DNA of 63,465 bases, counting the filler, from Octopus bimaculoides (lineage: Eukaryota): NCBI RefSeq assembly GCF_001194135.2. It is 6 parts of 5 records of this genome, joined end to end, with 100 filler letters (N's around TTAATTAATTAA, not from the genome) between each part and the next. Parts side by side here need not be neighbours in the genome. Positions count along the whole stretch, not along the records: positions 21,465 to 27,639 come from NC_069000.1; positions 27,740 to 34,759 come from NC_068983.1; positions 34,860 to 59,885 come from NC_068987.1; 3 more parts are not named here. One strand, written 5' to 3'. A program made the translations under genes and the position numbers. This document shows positions 25,001-37,567 of this stretch, in pieces (within the stretch, counting starts at the first letter, position 1; each line of letters starts with the position of its first letter). The notes under the pieces are model-generated. The model did not search any database, was not told the origin of the DNA, and saw only the letters and a program-made list of their open reading frames with translations.

Positions 25001-25729
25001 GCTTACATATGAATACACACATACCATATATTCACAAGAGATACAAAGAAGGAATTTAGACAAAGACATAAAAAAATAGAAGTCATAAAACTGAATGCAC
25101 ACAACAATGGACACGTGATACTATCGTCTGCGTTTGTCGTATTCTGTTACATGTATCATGGAGTATCGTAGAATTGAGGTAGGCTCTAAGTAAACCGATT
25201 TCCCTGAAACAGTTTCAATTTCCGGTGTCAGTTATTTTGTTTCGCTTACGCAAATCATTGTCTTTTAGAAAAGACAAGAGGTAAAAACTAATATAGTTGC
25301 TTGTTATTGTTCTCTCATTCTTTGTATATATGAATCTTTTCTGCGGCCAAATCAATGTGGAATCAATCGCTTTATTATTTTCTAAAATTTATTTAGGCTA
25401 TCAATATAGTTTATTCTCCGCCAGCGATGGATTGCTGAAGTCATTTAACTGAAGACGACATGTTGTCTCGCGAAATTTAGTTACGGTCCTTTAAGTTATG
25501 AGTTCAAATGCCATAGAAGTCGACCTTGCCTTCCGTTCATCCTTCCTAAGTCGATTAAAAATAAAGTACCAGTCACATACTGAAGACAATATAATCGACT
25601 CTATTCCTTCCTCAAATTCAAAAATTTTAATACTCTCTCTATTAAATATTTTACACATGCTTAACAACTTTTCCGTCTAAATATCAAATCCGTAAGTATT
25701 TCTCGTTGGTTTTAACACTCCCTCTATTT

Positions 25730-26360
25730 TCTTATTAACTGAACAATCTGTCCGTCTGTTTCACCATGTATTTCGCTGGTTAGGTTTTAAGTATTTCCTC
25801 TACTAAACAGGTTAACGCTTTCGTAAATATCTGCCTGCCTGTCTAACTCAGTAATTATTTCTACTTAGCTTTTTTATATACCCAGTATTAAGATATGTTA
25901 ACATTAACTTAACTATCCGTCTGTCTCACCACATAATTATTTCTAATTAACTTTTTAAGTATTAATATCAGCTTAACTATCAATTGCTTGGCGAGCTAAA
26001 AAAATATTTCTACGTAGCGTTTTAATATTCCTGTATTAAAATACGCAAATACTAATTTAACTAACTGTCTGTCTCACCACATAATTATTCCTAATTAACT
26101 TATTAAGCGTTAATATTAACTTAACTCTCTGTCAGTCTAACCCACCCCATGATTATTTCTAATTAACTTATTAAGTTTTAATACTAACTAACTACATGTC
26201 TGTCTCATCGCAAAATATTTCTAATTAGATTTTAGTACACACTGTATTAAAACGTGCCAACACTAACTTAACTATCTGTTAAACCTACGCCACTATTACA
26301 TGACATTAACTACTTAAAATTCTTTATATTAAAAATCTAAACACTAACTAAATTATTGTT
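25730..26360. repeat. Degenerate minisatellite of about 60-85 bp units, about 8-9 copies
   Basis: Recurring TTAACTA(T)CTGTCTGTCTCACCAC(A)TAATTATTTCTAATTAAC core. Confidence 0.8.
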
Positions 26361-27230
26361 TCTTTAATGTAAAGATATATTATTTAGCTTTATCAGAAAT
26401 CTCCAGCTATGATGATACAATTTCTCATATACTCCATATTCATACAATGAAGTCAATACGCATTCTATTGTTCTCCGTATGCACGTCAATGACACGAAAC
26501 ACAGTGGTATAACTGTCACAAAACCTTTTCGTTATTTTAAATACCTTTATCATTCTGGAATATTCAAGAAAAATTTAGATGATATCATTATTGAGCCAAA
26601 CAAAACATTTCGGTGTTCTTTAAACATGTTTAAAGAAAATTTTGAATAAAAGTTTTGTTCTAAAGAATATATATCTAACATTCTCAATTAGAAGATGGTT
26701 TGGTTTTAACTTAGATCTGAGTTCGTATAGATATTATCAAAAGTGTACACTTTTTTCTTTCAAAACGTTTATCGCAGCAGATCTTTATANNNNNNNNNNN
26801 NNNNNNNNNNNNNNNNNNNNNNNNNNNNNNNNNNNNNNNNNNNNNNNNNNNNNNNNNNNNNNNNNNNNNNNNNNNNNNNNNNNNNNNNNNNNNNNNNNNN
26901 NNNNNNNNNNNNNNNNNNNNNNNNNNNNNNNNNNNNNNNNNNNNNNNNNNNNNNNNNNNNNNNNNNNNNNNNNNNNNNNNNNNNNNNNNNNNNNNNNNNN
27001 NNNNNNNNNNNNNNNNNNNNNNNNNNNNNNNNNNNNNNNNNNNNNNNNNNNNNNNNNNNNNNNNNNNNNNNNNNNNNNNNNNNNNNNNNNNNNNNNNNNN
27101 NNNNNNNNNNNNNNNNNNNNNNNNNNNNNNNNNNNNNNNNNNNNNNNNNNNNNNNNNNNNNNNNNNNNNNNNNNNNNNNNNNNNNNNNNNNNNNNNNNNN
27201 NNNNNNNNNNNNNNNNNNNNNNNNNNNNNN

Positions 27231-27263
<33 letters not shown>

Positions 27264-27581
27264 ATATTTTTCGTAATTTAGTTGTGTCGAAAATGTTGTA
27301 CGGAACTAAAGGTTACCAAATTGTAAGCCTATCTTAAGTTTTACGTTTAAAGGTGAACGATATAGTTTTTACAAAAGTCATGCGGAGATAAGTGAAAAAA
27401 AAAAATGATAACTATTAAAAATATCTTTCAAAAAATCTATTTGTTTAAAAAAATATCTTAGAATTACATACATACATACATAAATACATACATACGCACG
27501 TACATGCATAGGTGCATACATACATATATACATATAGATAGCTACTTACACATAAACCACACACACATGAGCACACAAATA

Positions 27582-27639
<58 letters not shown>

Positions 27640-27739
27640 NNNNNNNNNNNNNNNNNNNNNNNNNNNNNNNNNNNNNNNNNNNNTTAATTAATTAANNNNN
27701 NNNNNNNNNNNNNNNNNNNNNNNNNNNNNNNNNNNNNNN

Positions 27740-27782
<43 letters not shown>

Positions 27783-27834
27783 TACATACATACATTTATA
27801 TATGATCTTTAGCATGACAATAACAAGACGGTAT

Positions 27835-28110
27835 AGAGAATGAAGACTTTCCTCTTTACCAAATTTTCGCTGGGCTAATGAAGGCTTTCGACGCTGTAAA
27901 TTGAAATACAATGTTGAGAATCTTAGAAAAGCTGAGATACCCACCTAAGTTTCTTGATGTGTTCGTCCAATTAAGCACAGATTTAAAGAGCAATGATATT
28001 CTGCTTGAACCGACTCCAGTGGACAATGGTTTTAAGCCTAGACATGTATCTGTACAAACTTTATTTTCGATATATTTTGCATTAGTGATTGCTCATACAG
28101 TTAAGCACCA
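27835..28110 (+). mobile_element. RTE-type LINE RT fragment
   Basis: LYQIFAGLMKAFDAVN..LEKLRYPPKFL and EPTPVDNGFKP..VQTLFSIYF resemble RTE motifs DLTKAFD..KLGCPPKF and GVKQGCVLAPTLFS. Confidence 0.75.
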
Positions 28111-30078
28111 TGATCTAGGCTCCTTTGTCTGCTGGCTCTCAAATAGCAAACCGCTATCTGGTCAGACATTGACTTGAATCTGGTCAGCCAGTGACTGGAC
28201 TCCAAGCTGAGCATCTATGATACTTGCGCCATAACACCCCTGACACACCCACCTGAGACATGAACTCCGTAACGACGATACATCAAAATATTTGAGTGAT
28301 ATTATCAGAAGTTATCTCAGGCGTTTATTAAACAACAGCTGGAATTTTTTTTTTAAACATGACACATAGTGTTGAGAAAGATATCATCTCAGTGTGGAAG
28401 CTCGCATCATCCAAATTATGAAATAAGTTGTTCATGTCAACTGATACCAAACTTCTTTTCCTATTACTATTGTATTTAGTATAATTTTAAACCATATATC
28501 TTTACTTATCTTAATCCTAGTTCACTTAGTTCTTTGAATTGAACAAATAAAAGCAATCGTAAATTTGGTTAAATCTTACTTGATCTAAATCCCAAAGTTT
28601 TCATATATATCTCATATAATATAATATAATATAATATAAAATATGTGAGTGTGTGTGTGTATGTCTGCGTGTGCGTGCGTGCGTGTATACATGTGCACCC
28701 ATCACTGCATAAATTAATCAATTCCAAAATATAGCTTTTTATTTTCGCAAGCAAACAACTGTATCACTTCCGAATGGAAATCATTGCGGAGAAATCGTTT
28801 TCAGAGTGGCCCAAGCACAAACACAAGAGATTTTTCTGTCATCAGAAAAACAACCCTCTGTCCTTGAACCTCAGCACTGCTTATTTGGAACATATGACAA
28901 AGAACATGTGCGAATGGGAATATTTAATAAAGGCTTTGGTATGGTTTCCGAGAATGTGACCAAATACAATAAGCATTGAAGAACACTGTTAGGTGATAGA
29001 ATGAGAGAAACATTGTGACTAAGATGTAGACATCAGTTCCAACATGTCAGCGTGTATGAACGATAATCCTTTATCTTAGAAATTATATATATATANNNNN
29101 NNNNNNNNNNNNNNNNNNNNNNNNNNNNNNNNNNNNNNNNNNNNNNNNNNNNNNNNNNNNNNNNNNNNNNNNNNNNNNNNNNNNNNNNNNNNNNNNNNNN
29201 NNNNNNNNNNNNNNNNNNNNNNNNNNNNNNNNNNNNNNNNNNNNNNNNNNNNNNNNNNNNNNNNNNNNNNNNNNNNNNNNNNNNNNNNNNNNNNNNNNNN
29301 NNNNNNNNNNNNNNNNNNNNNNNNNNNNNNNNNNNNNNNNNNNNNNNNNNNNNNNNNNNNNNNNNNNNNNNNNNNNNNNNNNNNNNNNNNNNNNNNNNNN
29401 NNNNNNNNNNNNNNNNNNNNNNNNNNNNNNNNNNNNNNNNNNNNNNNNNNNNNNNNNNNNNNNNNNNNNNNNNNNNNNNNNNNNNNNNNNNNNNNNNNNN
29501 NNNNNNNNNNNNNNNNNNNNNNNNNNNNNNNNNNNNNNNNNNNNNNNNNNNNNNNNNNNNNNNNNNNNNNNNNNNNNNNNNNNNNNNNNNNNNNNNNNNN
29601 NNNNNNNNNNNNNNNNNNNNNNNNNNNNNNNNNNNNNNNNNNNNNNNNNNNNNNNNNNNNNNNNNNNNNNNNNNNNNNNNNNNNNNNNNNNNNNNNNNNN
29701 NNNNNNNNNNNNNNNNNNNNNNNNNNNNNNNNNNNNNNNNNNNNNNNNNNNNNNNNNNNNNNNNNNNNNNNNNNNNNNNNNNTAACAATGTGATATGAAG
29801 AATGTTTATAAGAAATCGACCTTTGGAACCCTCCAAAGTAAAGGACGAAATAAAACTCAACCTTTTCTTATATACATAATATATATATATATATATATAT
29901 TTCCTATATGTTCATTCTGTTGTCCGTAAAATAGTCTGTTTTTTGTGCTTTATTTATGTTCCCGTTCCTTTTTGTCCACGTTTTTTGACGTCCTGTGCCC
30001 AGATATGCATCTATATATACATGTAGATGTAGGTATGTACATATATGTATGTATACATGCATATGCTCATATATCATT

Positions 30079-30115
<37 letters not shown>

Positions 30116-31764
30116 CATATTGTAAATTCTTATGAATATTTATATCTATTTTTCTTACTTCGTATACTTCCTCTACATCTTTGTCTTTGACTTTCAAAAT
30201 TAATCTGTTCCAGTGTTTTCACCACTAGTTCTAAAGCCATTGTATTGTTAAACCTGCGATACAGGGTGATGGTAAATTTCTGGATAAGCTGTGCTTGCGC
30301 ATGTCTGTACTTGCGATACCTGGATTATGTATTGTGCATTCTCGTAGTTTCGATTTCCGGCGGAGCTATTTCGCTGAGAATGTTCTTTTAGGTTAAGGAA
30401 GTTACTACCACTCTTCACACAAAATCAGTAGCCTTCTTAAGACATGAGCAGTTATTTGGGGTCACACGGGTCTTGAGACCCAATCCTGATCTATGTATGG
30501 TGCAGATTACTGTAGGGATCAGTGTATTGATTTATTCAGGGCATATAGCGCTGTTAAGACGGCCCTACACATAATGTCCTTGCATAGACTTTCATAGTAA
30601 TGCAATGATTTACAAGTAGAATCAAAGACCCATTTTTTTTTACAGTAATGACTTACACAGCAATTAATTCTTCAGCATGAATATGCACTCGGTTAATTAA
30701 CAAAGTAATGAAGGAGTCTCTAAGTGGCAATCTGACCTGCCAGAAATAGCCAAAAGTTCTCCACCAAAGCACATACCCTACCGTCTTAAAAATAGACATT
30801 TTGAGTTAGTCCAGTGTACACTATTTCTGGGAAACACACAAACAATGTGAAGAAATGATGGTCACGGGCTGATTGCCTTTCATCATAGCTACACTCAAAC
30901 AAGGTTGGGTTTAAACAGCACTAATATTAGTTCAATAACTCGTTTTAGTGTTTAGATCATTAAAAACCATATCTAGCTGCTTTTTATCTCAATGTGTACC
31001 GACTGACGTAATAATTAAGAAAACATGAAAAATAAACCTAAGTAAGAAAAAAAACACCCTATATCTTCATCATAGATGACTAGACTTCTTCCACAATCAA
31101 GAAACTAACATTATTCTTCACCGGGTAAGATTTGTAATATTCACAAATGACAGGTTCACTGCTAGAAATTGCCAAGTAATTCGTCACATTACAAAGCTGG
31201 AACATAGTGTTCTCTTATAGTTTCCCTTTTCCCTGCCTTAAGTGTAGATATACAACTGTGACAAAGTGGTTGGATTAGGGAGGCTGGGCTGTGGAACAAA
31301 CGACATTAATGTCAGAATGTAAGTTAACAAGTTATCCAGATTTAGCAACACTTAGAATGCGAAGCTATATTTCCGGCACAAATTCCCATTCTTCACTGCA
31401 AACTGATAAATAAACCAGATCTCAAGCTCGGTCATATAACTCTTGTCTTTAAATAGTTCGCCAGTTATCTACGCCCTCTTATTAGCTGTCCACTGAACAA
31501 ACCGCATGCCTCTGCTCGTTCTGCTTTCAATGTTCGCAGGTTCAGTAAGTAAATTAAAAAACATAAATTCAATCTACAGACGCAAAATATGTCAACTAAA
31601 AGGAAGATAACGTTGCATGTTCCTTCAGTTTGATGTCTGATGAAAAGCCAACTCTAGCCCACCATCACCACAGCCACCGCCAATTTACTAAAATATTTTT
31701 GCGATAGGATGGTTTTTGTGAAAAGACACGTTTCAGTTGTCTTAGAGATACATATTCCTAAATA

Positions 31765-31843
<79 letters not shown>

Positions 31844-31853
31844 NNNNNNNNNN

Positions 31854-31921
<68 letters not shown>

Positions 31922-32329
31922 GTATGTATATATATGTAGATACACATTTATATACATATACACACACACACGCACACACGTATGTATGTATGCTTATTCT
32001 AATTAAGTAATGATTTGAAGCAATTCCAGAGACTTAAGTATCGGCCTGTTATCAAAAAAACACAACCACACTACATGTCTTTATACAAAGGGTATCCTAT
32101 CGCGTAGTAACTACAAACGTATGAAACAGACTTTCTGAAGCGAAGACAGGATGAATATAATTAAAAATATGAGTAAGTCTTTTATATAGATTAAACTTCA
32201 AGCATACACAAGTTAAAGATAGCCCAAAACAGACTGAAAACGTAGGAAATACAGTTGAGGGACACAAGTATGTCTATATTTTTGAATTACACACACACAC
32301 ACGCACTCACTTAAATATTTATTTATAAT

Positions 32330-32525
32330 AAATATGTATACACACACACACATATTAATACACACACACATATATATAAATATATATATACATACATTTA
32401 TATACGACTATATCTTTATAAAATATATGTATATATATACACAAACATATATTAATACACACACACACACACACATATAAATATACTGTATATATACATA
32501 CATTTATATACGACTATATCTTTAA
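32330..32525. repeat. Tandem duplication of a ~115-bp microsatellite-rich unit
   Basis: CATACATTTATATACGACTATATCTTTA occurs twice with matching flanks. Confidence 0.75.
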
Positions 32526-32644
32526 CGATCTATCTACCTATCTATGTATATACAAATATACACATTCATATCTAGCTATCTATAGGCATACGTCCATGCA
32601 CACATACACTCACACACAGAAACAAAAGATATATATATATATCC

Positions 32645-32830
32645 CCCTAACATCGCTTGACAACCGATGCTGGTGTGTTTACGTCCCCGTAACTTAGCGG
32701 TTCGTCAAAAAATACCGATAGAATAAGTACTAGGCTTACAAAGAATAAGTCCTGGGGTCGATTTGCTCGACTAAAGACGGGGATCCAGCATGGTTGCAGT
32801 CAAATGACTGAAACAAGTAAAAGAGTAAAA
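32645..32830 (+). mobile_element. SINE family A tail, little decayed
   Basis: GCTTGACAACCGATGCTGGTGTGTTTACGTCCCCGTAACTTAGCGG...GTCCTGGGGTCGATTTGCTCGACT...GACTGAAACAAGTAAAAGAG. Confidence 0.85.
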
Positions 32831-33459
32831 GAGTATATATATATATATATATATGTGTGCATGTGTGCGTGTGTGTATGTATATATATNNNNNNNNNNNN
32901 NNNNNNNNNNNNNNNNNNNNNNNNNNNNNNNNNNNNNNNNNNNNNNNNNNNNNNNNNNNNNNNNNNNNNNNNNNNNNNNNNNNNNNNNNNNNNNNNNNNN
33001 NNNNNNNNNNNNNNNNNNNNNNNNNNNNNNNNNNNNNNNNNNNNNNNNNNNNNNNNNNNNNNNNNNNNNNNNNNNNNNNNNNNNNNNNNNNNNNNNNNNN
33101 NNNNNNNNNNNNNNNNNNNNNNNNNNNNNNNNNNNNNNNNNNNNNNNNNNNNNNNNNNNNNNNNNNNNNNNNNNNNNNNNNNNNNNNNNNNNNNNNNNNN
33201 NNNNNNNNNNNNNNNNNNNNNNNNNNNNNNNNNNNNNNNNNNNNNNNNNNNNNNNNNNNNNNNNNNNNNNNNNNNNNNNNNNNNNNNNNNNNNNNNNNNN
33301 NNNNNNNNNNNNNNNNNNNNNNNNNNNNNNNNNNNNNNNNNNNNNNNNNNNNNNNNNNNATATATATATAAATGTTAGAGGTAATACTTGACAATTGTAA
33401 GCACCTGTGTATGCGAGCTCGTGGTCGAGGTGAATGAATAAATTGTAATTTCATTTACA

Positions 33460-33500
<41 letters not shown>

Positions 33501-34083
33501 GTACTCTTCCGTGATAGGAGATTCAACAAAACAAAAAGTACTCCATCTGGTGAGAGACAAATACATGTATTTAAACACTACTAATTGTTTCATATGTTGA
33601 GAAAACTCAAGCATATTCTTCAGGAGCAAAGCACATATCACTAAACTTACATAATTTTCTGTGTATAGTATATGTGCATATATTGTATACATACGCATTT
33701 TACACGCACTTACAAACTCGGACGCATGCGCACACACACTGATACACACCCACATAAGTAGATTTATGCATAGACAACTACAAACATATGCATTCATACA
33801 CACAAACAGACAAATCCACACACCCAGATATAAATATTTAGTCCATAGGATAAATATTGGTTGCCAAGACTACCGTTCTTTACAAAATGGCCAAGATATT
33901 AGTAAAAGACCGGTTTCAAGTTAAGTACGCTTCCAAAGTTTGTTCTGAATTCTGACGACAGATTTAAAGAGTCTAGTTTATTGGTTTATAATTAGGTAAG
34001 ATATTGGGTACATAAGAACTAGTTTGACAACCTTCAAACGTTCACTTTACAAGAAACCGGTAAAGACTGACCAGATTCAGACG

Positions 34084-34116
<33 letters not shown>

Positions 34117-34354
34117 ATAATACAAATGATATATAAGCATATGCATGTATACATACATATATGTAGATACCTACATCTACATGTATATATAGATGCATAT
34201 CCGGATACAGGACGTTAGTAAAACGAACGGGGACATAAAAACAAAGCAGACTTTGTTTACAGACGACAGAACGAACACAGGAAAACAAACAAGCCACTTA
34301 TGGAATTATTCCTTCATCAACTGCCTATATATATATGCGTGTATACATAGATAT

Positions 34355-34725
34355 TGTGGCACTCCGTCGGTTGCGACGATAAGGGTTCTAGTGATCCGAT
34401 CAACGGAACAGCCTGCTCGTGAAATTAACGTGCAAGTGACTGAGCACTCCACCCTTAACGTAGTTCTCGGAGAGATTCAGCATGATGACAAGGTGTAACA
34501 AGGTTGGCCCTTTGAAATACAGTTACAACAGAAACAGGAAGAAAGAACGAGAGAAGGTTGTGGTGAAAGAGTATAGTAGGGTTCGCCACCAACCCCTGCT
34601 GGAACCTAGTGGAGCTTTAGGTGCTTTCGCTCAATAAACACTCACAACTGCCGGTCTTGGATTCGAAACCGCGATCCTATGGCCACGAGTCGGCTGCCCT
34701 AATCACTGGGCCATTGCGCCTCCAC
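34355..34725 (-). mobile_element. SINE family C, full length with internal deletions
   Basis: Reverse complement of 10079-10411, including the tRNA-like head. Confidence 0.85.
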
Positions 34726-35379
34726 GTACATAGATATACACACACACACACACATATATNNNNNNNNNNNNNNNNNNNNNNNNNNNNNNNNNNNNNNNNN
34801 NNNTTAATTAATTAANNNNNNNNNNNNNNNNNNNNNNNNNNNNNNNNNNNNNNNNNNNNATATATATATATATATATATATATATACAAAGACATATATT
34901 TATATTATTTATATATGCATATAGTTATATAAACATATATAACTATATATAAACTATATATAAACGTGTGCATCTGTAAGTAGATATACATATATATGTG
35001 TGCGTGTGTGTGAGTGTCTGTGCATGCATTTATATATATGTAGTGTACATATATGTACATATTTTCATAGAGTATGTGTGTATGTGTGTGTGCGCAAACG
35101 TGCGTCTATGTTTATGTGTCTGTGTATATCTGTGTCTATAAATGCCGGGAAAATATTTCTCATAAAGCCAAAAAATTACTTGATGTGCAAAGGGATTTTG
35201 TTTTCAAAGGTCTTCAGGGGAATAGATACAAAATATTATCCACACTTTTATTGATATTTCAAAACAAATCGTACTTAAATCAATGTAGCACAGTAAAGCA
35301 GAAGCTTGATTCTATATGGTGTAATAGGCGTACACATACGCACAATCCACACCGACACTGTTTACATGTATATATTATT

Positions 35380-35420
<41 letters not shown>

Positions 35421-35430
35421 NNNNNNNNNN

Positions 35431-35469
<39 letters not shown>

Positions 35470-35628
35470 CTCTTTAACACTTTAAACTCTTTCAGCTTTA
35501 AAGCTGCGGTCATGCTGGGGCACTACTGCTGCCTGTGCTGCACATTCATTATTTGAAACCTCCTCTGACGTGTAGCATTTGGTGAATGAGGGAGTTTGAT
35601 GCTGCTGCCCACATGTGTGTTTCCTGCC

Positions 35629-35715
<87 letters not shown>

Positions 35716-36780
35716 AGTTACATACATACACAAACATACATTACATACATACGCATATACGTCCATACATACATACACACATAGATACGTATGTGTGTGT
35801 CCACCTCGGTTATTATAATGTCGATTGTGATCGAAAATGTGTTGTATTATTTTATTGCGTGCGGATACAACTAAACTTTCTATAATAAAGCGCTACTTAT
35901 AATGTTTTAATCGTTTTATTGAACTTTAAATTTCAAAATACTTTTAATAAAATCATTAACACATAATAAACTCATTTGTGTTCGTGGAAAACTGCTTAAT
36001 GAAAACAGTAAATTGAGGGTGTTTAAATATAACTATCTTACATCCAGATCACAAACTAAGCAAAAACGCAGTAAGAGAGGATTGTTTTACCGTCCTCAAT
36101 AAAACTACTGAATTTTCTTTTCGTACCGTCGCAAATATTCTTATTAGAATAGAACTGGGAAATTGAAACTCCACAAGAAATCTACACTAATAAGCAATTA
36201 TATTCATTTTATTTAATCTTTTAAAAATCAACAACGTGTCTCAATGGTACATCCGTTATTTTAATCACATGTAACCATCGGTGCTGATAGGAAAAATGTA
36301 ATTTACTTAAAATTAATTAACTGCAAGTTTGAACTGCATACTGGTAGTTAAATATTCGAATTTCGGTGCATATTTGTCAACGATAGACGCAAACAATTTT
36401 CTTGTTCATTTGTTAATGTGTTTCCTGTCTTAAACTTTAACATATTCTTGCACGAGAATGATGTTTCACAAAGACAGAGTGACAGAAAATACTTCTTCAC
36501 TATAAACGACACGTAAGATAATGGAGCATTAGAAACTAAATGTCAATAAATAAAATCTTGGAGGCTTTGTTTTAATTCAATGTCGCTTTGTACAACTAGT
36601 AATTCATTTTCTGTATCACACGAATTTTAGTTGAACAAAGCTTCTCTCTACACAACAATTTCTTCTACATCAGTTTTGCTAATGGAACATTAAACAAATA
36701 CCGCTATTGGTATAAGTTGATGAAAATCTTGAAAACGAAACATCATAATCGGTTTCTCAATTCTCAAAAGTGGCAATTTA

Positions 36781-37545
36781 TTGAGTTTGCCAGAAAGTCC
36801 GTTCGGTTTTTAAGCAAAAATATGACACAAGTTTTGTACAAAAAGCGATTTATTCAATCAATGATATAATTACCATTTCATTCCAATATCTTCTACCATA
36901 TTGTGAGCTGATCCATTATTCTTTACTCAAAGACTTTCCAGTCTTTACTGGCAAAAAAGTTTCCCCTGTGACTGTTTACATCCTCTTCAGAGTTGAAGGT
37001 TTGTCCATTCAATGAATTTTGAAAAAAATGAAACAAGAAGAAACAGAAGGCGCAAAGTCAGGAAAATATGGAGAGTGCTGTAAAACTTCCCAGCCATGCT
37101 CCTTGTAAATTCTGTTGCATCTGGAAAGAAGTATGTGGTTTGATATTGACATGATGAAATACAATGCCCTTACGATTAACAAGTATTAGATGCTTCTTTC
37201 TAGTGGATCGCTGCGTTTAATTTGACCAGCTGTTCACTGGTACACATTTGAATTGATGGCCCTACTCGTGGAAAGAATCTCGTAAAAGACAACACCCTTC
37301 CAGTCTCACCAAATTGAAAGCATGTCCTGCTTCGAGTGAAGGCCTGCTTTGGTTATTGTAGTGATTCACTACGTCTCCTTACGACCGCTTGCGTTTCACA
37401 TTGCTGTAGACGATCCAATTTTCATTCCTCGTCACAATTCTCTCCAAAAACGGATGGTTTTCTTCACATCTCTGCAACGAATCTCAAATGGAAATCTGCT
37501 GGGCAAAATTTAACCTTGTTGAATTGATGAAGGACCTAAATATCG
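36781..37545 (-). mobile_element. Mariner (DD34D-type) 3' half nested in the hAT
   Basis: TA+TIR TTGAGTTTGCCAGAAAGTCCGTTCGG at 36779-36806. Translation PFLERIVTRNENWIVY; LVNRKGIVFHH; GWEVLQHSPYFPDFAPS; SLNGQTFNSEEDV. Confidence 0.85.
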
Positions 37546-37567
37546 ATATTTAGGTCCTTCATCAATT
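37522..37567. repeat. Perfect 46-bp palindrome at the mariner/hAT junction
   Basis: AATTGATGAAGGACCTAAATATC|GATATTTAGGTCCTTCATCAATT, checked base by base. Confidence 0.97.
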
